Assembly: GCA_963693365.1 (NCBI GenBank)
Contig: CAVNZM010000001.1
Location: 696,745 to 760,744 of the forward strand
Direction of reading: 5' to 3'
DNA from: Amoebidium appalachense
Lineage: Eukaryota > Protista > Ichthyosporea
DNA: 64,000 nucleotides
Positions 48,722 to 61,956 of this stretch are shown here, piece by piece. The translations under genes were made by a program, and so were the position numbers. How positions within the stretch are numbered: the stretch's first letter is position 1; each line of letters opens with the position of its first letter. Under the pieces are notes generated by a model. It did no database searches and was not told where the DNA came from. It was given only the letters and a program-made list of their open reading frames with translations.

Positions 48722-50004
48722 GCCAGACGGGGTGTAGTAGGCTTCAATGGTAATGGTGGCAGTGCCATGGTGGTGTGGTGGAACGATGCCGTTTGTGGCC
48801 AAGAGGGTCAGAAGGCAGACGGAGGGTCGGAAGGGGAGTGAGGTAGGAAGCTCACGGTGGGCAATGTTGCACCCGGAACCCAGGCAGGGTCGGAGGACAG
48901 GGGGACAGTATCCGAGAACAAAGATTCTCACTGCCTTGACGAAGAAACAACATGGCTCGATGACGTGTGCAGGCCGTGGCAGTAGGAGCATGCTTTCACG
49001 GACGGGTTGTTAGAACGAGCCGGGGAATCAGAACGACGGGAACCCGAGAAAGGGAACGACTGGGGGAACGAGACGTGGACCGGAAGGCAGGCCGGTGGGG
49101 GGAACGGGATCGGGTGTGCTGACGGGAGAGACGAGTTCGGAGGTCCGTGCCAGGGGTACGGTCAAGTCGGTTGCGTAAGTCACGGCGAGGAAGATCACGG
49201 GCGCGGGGGGGAGCACTGGCATTTAATGCCATGCTGGACTTGGAGGCACGGTGGGCACGGTTGCTCCGGAGTTGCATCTTGAGGTCTTGACGTAGCTCGA
49301 TGCCCTTGACGTGGTTGTGGAGGGACTTGAAGTCGGGGAATAGCTTATCACCGAAGTGATAGTCTTCGATAAGACGGTTGAACTCAGGGATGAGGTCGTC
49401 CCTGGTGGTGAGTTCATTGAAGAACTTCTCAGCTAGACGAGTGAAGTGAATGGACTCATCTTGGAGGGACTGGAGCTGGTTCACGATGGTCTGCAGACGA
49501 CTCAGGTAGGTGGTGAATGATTCACCGGGCTGAAGGGCACAGGCATCCCACTGACGGTGAAGGATGCGGATCTGATCGGGTTTGCCTTGGAGGTAGTGTT
49601 GACGGAATTTCCACATGGCCCGTTCAGGGTCCATGCCAATACGGTACTGGGCAACGGTGGTGAGGACGGAAGGGTCGATGTTCTGAATCATATGGAGCAG
49701 GAGGCAATTGCGGGCCTCCTTGAGTTCCGCGGTAGTGCCGTAGCCGTAGAAGGGGGTTCACCGTCAACCGCGACGGTGGTACGGGGGACGTAGTTGTCAG
49801 CAAGTACAACATCCACGAGTCGGACACCTTTAGTGCCGGTCATCATGCCGAGAAAAATGATTTCCCATTGAAAATAGGTGGTTTTGCTATCGGGACCAGT
49901 AACACTTCCCTTCACCTTTCCACATGGTTATTTTGTTTACACCAGTTTTGTTTGGATCCATGATTGAAAAACGATCGCTAGTTCTAGATGTGTGTAGGGA
50001 GCGT
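48722..50004 (-). pseudogene. Copia-A 5' UTR/gag/PR (degenerate), the target of the 42265-48721 insertion; followed by a ~120-bp Copia-B fragment (50004-50124)
   Basis: MDPNKTG.., MIQNIDPSVL.. ORFs; 50004-50124 resembles 13014-13139. Confidence 0.9.
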
Positions 50005-50122
50005 GTCACCATTACGGCTGTAGAGGAACGACGGGTGAGTGTCTGCATCGTCACAGTGACCCAGGTGGCCGGCAGTTGAGGCCATGGAGGCAGACACGAG
50101 AAAGGACGGTGATTCGGGTACG

Positions 50123-51478
50123 TACTACCATCAGCAATCTCCCCCCCCTCGTAACCCCACCGAAGACCTCGTCGATGGGTTGGCACTGGTTTAGGACTGT
50201 CTAATGGATGGGTTTACGCTATATGAAGGAAAAACCGCCAAACCCGTCGACGACATCGTAGACCGTCGGCGGAGTGGTTTACGACCCCTTTAGGGATGAC
50301 CGACAGTATTGGGACAGCCCAATGTATAACCCTAACCACACCTATGGATGGGTTTACAGCAACCACAACTTTCGTGGTACTCCTAACCCCATACATTGGA
50401 TGTACATTGGATGTTGATGTCGTGTCACTGTGTATGTCGTAAACACCTGCACATTACGACATCGTAAGATGATATTATGGTGGTACTCCTAACCCCATAC
50501 ATTGGATGTACACTGGATGTCGTGCACACCTCCGGATTACGACATCATAAGATGGTCTTGCTGCACCCCTCGGAGGACTGTCTTACGACGTCGGAAATAA
50601 CTGTCGTATGGATGGGTTTACAATATCCATATGAATGTCCTCGGCAACCATTAGTTGTCGTAAACCCCACCTGAGTCAGACATCGTAACATGCTCTTACG
50701 ACACCCCACGTGAGACTGTCACTAGACGTCTGAAACCCCGCCGGATGGATTGGTTTACAGTATCCATTTGAAGGTCCACGATACACTGTGTATGTCGTAA
50801 AGACCTGCACGTTACGACATCGTAAGATGATATTATGGTGGTACTCCTAACCCCATACATTGGATGTACACTGGATGTCGTGCACACCTCCGGATTACGA
50901 CATCATAAGATGGCCTTGCTGCACCCCCTCGGACGACTGTCTTACGACGTCGGAAATAACTGTCGAATGGATGGGTTTACAATATCCATATGAATGTCCT
51001 CGACAACCATTAGTTGTCGTAATCCCCACCTGAGTACGACATCGTAACATGCTCTTACGACACCCCACGTGAGACTGTCACTAGACGTCTGAAGCCCCGC
51101 CGGATGGATTGGTTTACAGTATCCATTTGAAGGTCCACGATACACTGTGTATGTCGTAAAGACCTGCACGTTACGACATCGTAAGATGATATTATGGTGG
51201 TACTCCTAACCCCATACATTGGATGTACATTGGATGTCGTGCACACCTCCGGATTACGACATCATAAGATGGTCTTGCTGCACCCCCTCGGAAGACTGTC
51301 TTACGACGTCGGAAACAACTGTCGAATGGATGGGTGTACAATATCCATATGAATGTCCTCGACAACCATTAGTTGTCGTAAAGACGTCTGAAAACCCCGC
51401 CTGATGGATGGGTTTACCGTATCGATAGGAAGGTCATGGCAGGCCATGTTGAAATCACATAAATTAGCACTGGTAGTA
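50123..51478. mobile_element. Possible non-autonomous CMC/CACTA-like DNA transposon containing ~360-bp tandem repeats
   Basis: TACTACCA...TGGTAGTA termini; many TTACGAC/GTCGTAA motifs in both orientations; repeat units start near 50478, 50837 and 51197. Confidence 0.45.
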
Positions 51479-51589
51479 AAAAACCAATCTGTGTACATTT
51501 TAATTGAGCATCTGGAGGGGCTGCTGTATAGCTATATGATACCACTATCATTAGGCAGGTATGTGTAATATAGATGTTAATAATTTTCT

Positions 51590-52360
51590 TGTCCTCCCAT
51601 CAATCCCCTGCACGTTATTAACTGTTGAATCCCCCCTTTTCCCTATGTATTATAGCGCATTTTGCCTAATCGGTTAATAACTTTCCCCACAGAAATGGGG
51701 AGACAGTCCGACCGGTTTTTTTAGACCCCCCACACAGAGACACTGCCTAATGCAAAGTTTGGTTGTCCTCCCATCAATCCCCTGCACGTTATTAACTGTT
51801 GAATCCCCCCCTTTTCCCTATGTATTATAGCGCATTTTGCCTAATATGGACGTACAACGGTTAATAACTTTCCCCACAGAAATGGGGAGACAGTCCGACC
51901 GGTTTTGTTAGACCCCCCACACAGAGACACTGCCCTAAAATGCAAAGTTTGGTTGTGCTCCCATCAAACCCCTGCACGTTATTAATCGTTGAATCCCCCC
52001 CTTTTCCCCACGTATTATAGCGCATTTTGCCTAATATGGACGTACAACGGTTAATAACTTGCCCCACAGAAATGGGGAGACAGTCCGACCGGTTTTGTTA
52101 GCCCCCCACACAGAGACACTGCCCTAAAATGCAAAGTTTGGTTGTGCTCCCATCAAACCCCTGCACGTTATTAACTGTTGAATCCCCCCCTTTCCCCACG
52201 TATTATAGCGCATTTTGCCTAATATGGACGTGCAACGGTTAATAACTTTCCCCACAGAAATAGGGGGACAATCCGACCGGTTTTGTTACATCACCCACAC
52301 AGAGACACTGCCTAATGGAAAGTTTGGTTGGGCCTCCATCAATCCCCTGCACGCTATTAA
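51590..52360. repeat. ~175-190-bp tandem repeat (4-5 units)
   Basis: CTCCCATCAA(T/A)CCCCTGCACG recurs near 51594, 51768, 51958, 52147 and 52334. Confidence 0.92.
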
Positions 52361-52645
52361 CCGTGCAAATGTATCCAGCTTGTAGTATCCACCTTTGAAG
52401 GTGGTTCACATGTCTACGGTGTAATAAAGATGTCCAAACATAGTCCATAAGACGCCTTATGTATATCCATGGGCCATCCCCAAGACTGTAACGATACCAT
52501 CCATAATACTGTCGTAAAACGATATATTGTTCGGTACAAACGGTCGTAGGACGATACATAATATCGTCGATATGTGGACTGCGACATACAAACATGCTCG
52601 CAGGATATCGTAGATTTCACCATATTTTGGAGTACTAGTACTCAC

Positions 52646-52850
52646 TTGCAAAATGAATGCAGAGTTCTTGTTGGTCATACGATACGGCATCTTGCAGTAG
52701 TATTTGTGTGCACGCTCCCAGCTCTCAGCTGACTCCACCGGGCCAAAGAGGCGATAGTCGTCAGAATAATGCACACCAGCATGGAATTTCGATGTTTTGA
52801 GTTCGTTCTTGGTGGAGTCCTTGAAGCACTCGTACGCAGTTTTGCCGAAC
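52646..52850 (-). pseudogene. Exon of a Plavaka (CMC-superfamily) transposase, C-terminal catalytic region
   Basis: Bounded by AAAACGCAG| and |GTGAGT; translates FGKTAYECFKDSTKNELKTSKFHAGVHYSDDYRLFGPVESAESWERAHKYYCKMPYRMTNKN, fitting the KxHxxxHY..FG...ExxExxH...KxxYxxTN pattern. Confidence 0.72.
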
Positions 52851-52973
52851 CTGCGTTTTTTGTTGGTGATATTACTTTACAATATAATGCACTAGAGCGG
52901 CACGGAGTCCATTACCAAATGGCGAAAGTTCTGCCATCGTTACCTGTAGGATCTATACACCTAGACACGTGCA

Positions 52974-53004
<31 letters not shown>

Positions 53005-53040
53005 CGTAGTGGGAAGGAGGGAAGACAGGGGGGGTTGGGT

Positions 53041-53071
<31 letters not shown>

Positions 53072-53214
53072 CGGCAGACACGTACGTTCTGTAACGCCCC
53101 TTCATCTCGTTGAGTGAGTCCTTTTTTATAATGTATTTCCGTTTATATATTTACACATAATCGCCACATTCATTTACCGGTGCGCCATGATAAACACATG
53201 GCCGGCTTATCATT

Positions 53215-53215
53215 G

Positions 53216-53250
<35 letters not shown>

Positions 53251-53378
53251 ACACACACAGCATTCGATACCGTCCAATCTTGTTCTTCCCAAGGCATCCA
53301 CATGCTCGCACACAATGCAGAAACATGCACTCACACACACGCACGCACAGGCACACCTGGACACACGCACACACCGGG

Positions 53379-53461
<83 letters not shown>

Positions 53462-53882
53462 ACACACACACAAACACACAACACACACACACACACATAC
53501 AGAGAGACACACACACATATGCACACACACGGTGCATTTCCTCCCCTCCCATTCCCTCTCCACAGAGCACACACACACACACACGTGCACACATGCACAC
53601 ACACGGTGCATCCCCCCCCCCCCCCCCCCCCTTCCCTCTCAACCGAGCACATACACACACACATACATGCACTGTCATACACACACACACACACACACAC
53701 ACATGCACACATGCACACATGCACGGACACGAATCCCCCCCTTGCCCTTCCCTCTCCACCGAGCACATGCACACATGCACAGACATGCACACACACACGC
53801 ACACCACACCCGACGCACACAGACATGCACACAGACATGCACACACACACAAACACACAACACACACACACACATACACACA

Positions 53883-53916
<34 letters not shown>

Positions 53917-54881
53917 CACACACACGGTGCATTTCCCCCCTCCCCTTCCCCTCTCCACAGAGCACACACACACACACGTGCACACATGCACACACACGGT
54001 GCATCCCCCCTCTCCCCCCTTCCCTTTCAACTGAGCACATACACACACACAGACATGCACAGTGCACACACAACATACACAGACATCCACACATCAGACA
54101 CAGACACGCATACACACACACACACACGCACTCACACACACATGCACATATGCACACACAGACACACACACATGCACATGCACACTCACATATGCACACA
54201 CACACACACACGCAAACACAACACACACACACACACATACAGATATGCACACACACACACTGTCTCTCTCTCTTTTCTCCCTCCCTCCCACCCTCCCCTC
54301 CCCCCTCCCTCCCTCCCTCCCAACCATCCCTCCCTCCCTCCCTCCGTCCCTCCCTCCCTCCCTCCCTCCCCCCTCCCTCCCTCCCTCCCAACCATGATCC
54401 CTCCCTCCCTCCCCCCGTCCCTCCCTCCCTCCGTCCCTCCCTCCCTCCTTCACACAAACACACACACACACACACACACACACATGCACACACACACATG
54501 CACATGCACATGCACATGCACATGCACACTCACATATGCACTCACACACACACGCAAACACACACACACACACACATACAGACATGCACACACTCAGTCA
54601 TGTACCAGTGGGATTGATGCTGTTTACTCCAGGCAATGTACCAGTGTGTCGATTGATTTAGCTAATATTAGATCTATGTTTAGCTGTGTATTGTTTTTTC
54701 TCCTTTTTGTATTTAAGGTCTGGCCGGCCTCATAAAATTCTATGATCTAATCTTACTCGAAATTGAGCTTTTTTGGCCTTGAAGGCCGATCTTAATAAAG
54801 CACTGTGAATGTGTCCCCTGATGAGGGACTCTAGTCGATATATCTGCAAAACGTCCCCCCCCCCCCCCCCCCCGCCCTCTG

Positions 54882-54974
<93 letters not shown>

Positions 54975-54975
54975 A
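53215..54975. repeat. Compound (CA)n / (CCCT)n low-complexity region
   Basis: Long CA and CCCT runs with a recurring ACGGTGCAT..CCCTCTCCACAGAGCAC sub-unit. Confidence 0.97.
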
Positions 54976-55229
54976 ACACAAAAACAAACAAAAAAGAAAG
55001 AAAAAAAGAGCGAGAGAATCCTTGTTTCTCGTATGTTACCAGCACGTAAGCAAGTATTTTATTCATTCACGATACATTGTTAGGTATGTGTAGTATATTA
55101 TGGTGTTATTATTTTTTGGTTGACAATATGGTGTCCACGTTCCCAATATATCGTTATTGTCGACCAACTACTATGGTAGTATAATGCTATGATGACAATT
55201 TGTGCCGCATGATGCGTTACTTATAAGCA

Positions 55230-57600
55230 TCGGGTTTTTTCAATAACTACCCACAGAGTAGCTTCTACCACGAGAAATTCACCACAAATTATAAGGGGGG
55301 ATGGTGAATGTGCCCCTGGAGTACGAGGGTCACACGAAAAAAACACAACGTTGTAGCTCGTATAGAACCCCCCTTGTAGCATAGTATATGTACATATGTT
55401 ACCTAGACATTATTGGGTTTTCAATAACTACCCACAGAACAGCCTCTACCACGAGAAATTCACCACAAATTATAAGGGGGGATGGTAAATGTGCCCCTGG
55501 AGTACGAGGGTCACACGAAAAAAACACAACGTTGTAGCTCGTATAGAACCCCCCTTGTAGCATAGTATATGTCCATGTGTTACCTCAGTAGACATTTTTG
55601 GTTTTTTGAATAACTACCAACAGAACAGCCTCTAGCACGAGAAATTTATTACAACGTTTATGGGGGGGATGGTAAATGTGCCCCTGGAGTACGAGGGTCA
55701 CACGAAAAAAACACAACGTTGTAGCTCGAATAGAACCCCCCTTGTAGCATAGTATATGTACATGTGTTGCTTACACATTATTGGTTTTTTCAATAACTAC
55801 CCACAGAACAGCTTCTAGCACGAGAAATTTACCACACAGTTTATGGGGGGGATGGGGAATGTGCCCCTGGAGTACAAGGGTCACACAAAAAAAAACACAA
55901 CGTTGTAGCTCGTATAGAACCCCCCTTGTAGCATAGAATATGTACATATGTTACCTAGACATTATTGGTTTTTCAATAACTACCCACAGAATAGCCTCTA
56001 GCACGAGAAATTTACCACAACGTTTATGGGGGGGATGGTGAATGTGCCCCTGGAGTACGAGGGTCACACGAAAAAAACACAAAGTTGTAGCTCGTATAGA
56101 ACCCCCCTTGTAGCATTGTATATGTCCATGTGTTACCTAGACATTTTTGGTTTTTTCAATAACTACCCACAGAACAGCCTCTAGCACGAGACATTTACCA
56201 AAACGTTTATGGGGGGGATGGTGAATGTGCCCCTGCATTACGAGGGTCACACGAAAAAAACACAACGTTGTAGCTCGTATAGAACCCCCCTTGTAGCATA
56301 GTATATGTACATATGTTACCTAGACATTATTGGGTTTTCAATAACTACCCACAGAACAGCCTCTAGCACGAGAAATTTACCACAAAGTTTATGGGGGGGA
56401 TGGCAAATGTGCCCCTGGAGTACGAGGGTCACACGAAAAAAACACAACGTTGTAGCTCGTATAGAACCCCCCTTGTAGCATAGTATATGTCCATGTGTTA
56501 CCTCAGTAGACATTTTTGGTTTTTTCAATAACTACCAACAGAACAGCCTCTAGCACGAGAAATTTACCACAACGTTTATGGGGGGGATGGTAAATGTGCC
56601 CCTGGAGTACGAGGGTCACACGAAAAAAACACAACGTTGTAGCTCGAATAGAACCCCCCTTGTAGCATAGTATATGTACATGTGTTGCTTACACATTATT
56701 GGTTTTTTCAATAACTACCCACAGAACAGCTTCTAGCACGAGAAATTTACCACACAGTTTATGGGGGGGATGGGGAATGTGCCCCTGGAGTACAAGGGTC
56801 ACACAAAAAAAAACACAACGTTGTAGCTCGTATAGAACCCCCCTTGTAGCATCGAATATGTACATATGTTACCTAGACATTATTGGTTTTTCAATAACTA
56901 CCCACAGAATAGCCTCTAGCACGAGAAATTTACCACAACGTTTGTGGGGGGGATGGTGAATGTGCCCCTGGAGTACGAGGGTCACACGAAAAAAACACAA
57001 AGTTGTAGCTCGTATAGAACCCCCCTTGTAGCATTGTATATGTCCATGTGTTACCTAGACATTTTTGGTTTTTTCAATAACTACCCACAGAACAGCTTCT
57101 AGCACGAGAAATTTACCACACAGTTTATGGGGTGGATGGGGAATGTGCCCCTGGAGTACGAGGGTCACACGAAAAAAACACAACGTTGTAGCTCGAATAG
57201 AACCCCCCTTGTAGCATAGAATATGTACATATGTTACCTAGACATTATTGGTTTTTCAATAACTACCCACAGAATAGCCTCTAGCACGAGAAATTTACCA
57301 CAAAGTTTATGGGGGGGATGGTGAATGTGTCCCTGGAGTACGAGGGTCACACGAAAAAAACACAACGTTGTAGCTCGAATAGAACCCCCCTTGTAGCATA
57401 GTATATGTACATATGTTACTTGCACATTATTGGTTTTTTCAATAACTACCCACAGAACAGCTTCTGGCACGAGAAATTTACCACAAAGTTTATGGGGGGG
57501 ATGGTGAGTGTGCCTCTGGAGTACGAGGGTCACCCGAAAAAAACACAACATTGTAGCCCGGATTGAAACCCCCTTTGTACCATATACATCATATATCATG
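55230..57600. repeat. ~182-bp satellite, ~13 units
   Basis: TTTTCAATAACTACCCACAGAA..GTGCCCCTGGAGTACGAGGGTCACACG repeats every 181-187 bp. Confidence 0.97.
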
Positions 57601-58932
57601 CAGCATGTGTTACTTTCGCGTTATTGGTTTCCTAGCACGAGATATTCAGCACACAGTTGGGGTTGTGGGGGCAGTGTACACCTACAATATCAGGGGTACC
57701 GCGTGGCAAAAACACCCCCCCTGGGGGGGGGAGGGGGGGGGGGAGGGGGGGGAGGGGGGGGGGTCACGCGTGCGATGGTGCACTAGTTATTACGTCAACT
57801 AGGCAGGGTATAGCATCAACGTTATTATATGTGCTGCTGAGTTTCTTTGGTTGTACACCCGTGACCAGTCAATTTATTGGTGTTGGCGCCCACCTATGAC
57901 ACCACCTCGGAAGACTGGGGTCACGTGGAGGACACCTAACTATAGTAGTCTGATAGTTGTGACTAATAGGGCACCGCTAAGGGCACCAAGCTGATGCACG
58001 CGCGCGCGCGAGCCGAAATCTATTTTTATCTTTTCCCTAATCAGGCGCGGCGGTTACAAAACCGGTCTATAGCAAATAGTGATTGGCTAAACCCAATCCG
58101 GTTTGCAATTTTTTGTCCGTTTAAGCCTGTACCGCACGTTGTTTGCTCCATTTCTTTTCCCCCTTCCCGCAGGTCCGCAGGTCCGCAAGTCCTTTCCCGC
58201 AGGTCGCCTGGTCGCAGGTCCCTTCCCGCAGGTCGCCTGGTCGCAGTTCCCTTCCCGCAGGTCGCCTGGTCACAGGTCCCCTCCGCAGGTCGCGCAGCCA
58301 CCGTGCTGAATGGTTTCGACCATGCTGCAGCATCTTCGCCTAACGGCTGAAAGGCCGTTTGAAGGTTAGTTTTGTGTTGCCTGCTTTTGTGCATATGGCG
58401 TTTGTCTGTCTGGTCTGTGTCCGTGCCTGTGATTATATCTGTGTCTGTGTCTGTGTCACGGCCATCTAGAGTTTCTAGATGGCCGTGGTCTGTGTCTGTG
58501 TGCGTGTGTGTGTATGTGTGTGTGTGTGCGTGCGTGTGCGTGTGTTCTGCTGGCTGCAGATGCACGTTGCCTTTTCACGTTCATGAACCAGCGACTGTGG
58601 GCACTACTTTTCCTGTTAGCACTATAGCTATCATCCCCTCCACCAGTCGTTCAAGCTATTTTCTGCTTCTCTAGACTTCATAAGTTTGTGCTTTTGTCTT
58701 TCAGCACAACGTACGCGTGTTTCACATGTTAGCATTTAGTGTTATTCATTCATTCTAACCACCCCCCCCCCCCCCCCCCCCAAACACACACACACACTCA
58801 CTCACTGACTTCCCCCACCCACACATACAAAAAAACACACACACACCAAAAGCCCCTCCCCATCCCCCCCCCTCCCCCCCTCCCCCCCCCCTTCCAAAAA
58901 ACTGTCAAATGCCTCCATGCCCACCAACACAG

Positions 58933-59214
58933 ATGTTCCAGGTTGCCCCTGTCAATGCCGCCGACCCCGACAAGTTGGCAGACCAGGTTAGGTACCGCAA
59001 GAAGACGTGGGAGGGGTGGTTGGTGGAGGTTCAAGTTGAGTGCAACAACCATCCCTGTGGCCGCATGTACAGCGTCGATCCGGTGAGGGGCAACCCATGG
59101 GGCAACCCCGTCCTTCACTGCATCATGTGCATGTCCCCCATCAACGGCTCCTACATCAAGAACCGCCTCAGCAGCTTCAAGACACTAAACGTTTGTGCCC
59201 ATACCACCCCCCCC

Positions 59215-59245
<31 letters not shown>

Positions 59246-60842
59246 CACACCCCAATCAAAGACGAAATCTTCTCATGCTGCTTTTTTTGACATGCTTATT
59301 CATGTTTAATGTTGTTGTTCTTCCTTATTGGTTCATTCTTAATGCACTGTGACCCCCCCCCCCCCCCCCCACACACACACTCACTCCGACTCCCTCCCTC
59401 CCACCTCCCCCTGTTGTCCCACGTACAGAATCACCAACACATAACCACACAAGACATCAAATCCTTATCACTCAGAGAAACGGTACATGCATGGTTATCC
59501 AGTATCCATTCAGCTTCCCACTTCCTCAAGTCATTTCAGATTTTTCATTGTCAGATTCGGTTTTATTTGCTGCTAATGGAGAATACCCCCTTTCCTCATC
59601 ACCACATACACACATGCTTACGTGTACGTACACGCAACACACACACCAACACCCACGCAGGAGTTTCAAAAGGCGTTGCCCGAGCTCTTCAGCTTCATGC
59701 TCCACACATTTGAGTGCGGACTGCGGGATCCAATGGCCCACAAGTCTGCCACTCAGATTTCGTGGTCAGCTGTGAAGTATGGAGCTGACATGCCTGACTA
59801 CGAGGGTGGTGCTCGGCCATCAGAGATCAGCAAGGTAAACAACTACCCCCCCCCCCCCCCCCCCCTTGCGTCCTCCCTGAGGATGGGCTCTGCTTATGAC
59901 GCATACTGTGCACATGGCTGATGTTGCGTGCTTGAATGTTTGCCTTTGCATGTGTCCTGCACCATGCTTCTCATCGTGTATGCGTATTTCGTACCGTGTT
60001 CTGCATTCAAACCCCCCCCCCCCCCCCCCCCCCCATCATTGTGTTTTAGCTCCCGTCCGAAAGACAACGTATGGATATCGAAATGATGATATTTATAAGT
60101 CGTATGTATGGGTTACGTATCATCGTAGTTTTTTAGGATATCTCCTAAGCATGGGCAAGTATCATCCTATCATGTCATCTTTAGGTTTGGTATGGTAACA
60201 TTGTGATAGCATTTTTCCCAGGTACATACATGCTCAGGCTAGCCAGAAAAGTTAAAAACACTCACACAATCTCCTTCTGTCCCAACCCAGTATGCAAAGA
60301 CCTGGGAAAAGATCTGCAAGGTCCGGGAGAAGGCAGTCCTCAGCCTGTCAGCTGATGAGCAAGACGAGAAGGGAGACGACAAGCCCTCCACGAAGCAGTC
60401 CACGGCAAAAGACGACACCGGCGAGGTTTCTGATGACACTGGCATGGCGGCTGACGAGATGGAGAACTCTGGCTCCAAGAAGCGGCCCAAGTCAGACGAC
60501 GACTTGTCGGATGCCAGTGCCGGGCGCCCCATGAAGAAGGGTAAAAAGGCCCAGGGCGTGGCGTCTAGCGTGGTGGGTGGTGATGTGCATGGGTCACCTG
60601 TGTCTCGTGATAGAGCGGGTGGTTCTGATGAGCAGGAGGGTGTTGCGCAAGCGGGGGGGGATGACAATTATTGGGAGGAGTTGGCCAAGATTAGGGGAGG
60701 TAAAGAGGTGGTGGATGGCGATGTTAGTAGTGGCGGGGGAAAACGTGCGAGGGAAGTGAGTGATGAGAGTGGTGATGAGAAGGGTGAAGGTGGGGTTAAA
60801 AAGCAGAAAGGCGATGTGGGTGGGAGGGTTGAGGATGATTAG
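58933..60842 (+). CDS. Three-exon orphan gene (58933-59190, 59661-59834, 60291-60842; ~327 aa) with CxxxxC..CxxC motif and charged low-complexity tail
   Basis: Phase-0 GT..AG introns join three open frames (MFQVAP..KTLN / EFQKAL..EISK / YAKTWE..VEDD*); the ATG follows a CAG acceptor, so an upstream exon may exist. Confidence 0.65.
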
Positions 60843-61746
60843 AATGAGGAGGAATAGGGAAAGACCCCCCCCCCCCCCCGGAGGAAAAAAAAAAGAATTA
60901 ATACTTAGTTTATGTCTCTTTTGGTGTAGTCCCGGCCTCTGCAGGGGGGAGGATAGGGAGATAGGGGGGACATGTAGACTTCGTATTTTATTTGTGTGAT
61001 GATGTTTGTTTTGTTTTGTTTGTTGGTTTGTTGGTTTGTTTAGTTTGTTCGGTGAAAGCTGGACTCCTGTGGAGTCTAACAGAGTGAAATGGTCTCTACT
61101 CCTGTGGAGTGAGACTTAGAAATTTTTTAACATGAACAACTTGTGCGGTCTCTGCTCCAGTGGAGCGAGACATAAAGGAACAACAGTCTTAATGGTATCT
61201 CGTGTACAAATTGTGAAAAAGTTAGAAAGGTAAGAAGGAAGGGGGGGGGGGGGGGGGGGGGAGGGAGGGAGGGGGGGGCACAACGGTGGTGGTTACTTTT
61301 CGTATTATGATATTACGACAGCTCGTAATCGTATATTACGATATTCCGTAATATTGTATTTAGTTAGTCATGGTATACTCGTAACATATTATTTGGCTAT
61401 GCATAGGATATCTTATGGATGGGCAAAGAGCTGTCGTAATGATGTATACACGACATGCTATGTATATACATACGAGTGGTGTACGGGCTCTTATGGAAAT
61501 GTCTACGACGGTATTATGGGGGTCGTAATGTACCCCAGGACCAGCCATATGTATATGGTTGGTAATTCGTAAAATACATCGATGTATCTCATATGTCATG
61601 GGTTACGATGGTATTAAGCCGCTCCTAAACATATACTTAAGATATCCAAAGGGATGGGTTTGGATACTCGGATGGTGAAGATTACGATGGGTTTCCGACC
61701 CCTCGTAACGCTCTCGTATGTATGTTCTATGTATAGTCGTATGTAT

Positions 61747-61850
61747 ATCGATTCAGTCGCACACATCGATTCAGTCGCACACATCGATTCAGTCGCACAC
61801 ACACATCGATTCAGTCGCACACACATCGATTCAGTCGCACACATCGATTC
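61747..61850 (+). repeat. 18-22-bp tandem repeat ATCGATTCAGTCGCAC(AC)n at the LINE 5' end (mirror 63902-64000)
   Basis: About five units on each arm. Confidence 0.92.
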
Positions 61851-61956
61851 AAATGTCGCTCTTTATTATCTGCTAATAAATAGTATCCTTCGCGCATCCA
61901 CCCCTAAACCAGGCCATCCGTGGCCCTAAGGGCCGGGGAACACCCCCATCCATGTC

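Noticed and set aside
54730-54845. Possible further Plavaka exon (..FRVRLDHRIL)
   Set aside because: Weak similarity, an in-frame stop and no clear donor site.
53170-55093. Long His/Thr- or Cys/Val-rich ORFs
   Set aside because: Translations of (CA)n/(TG)n microsatellite.
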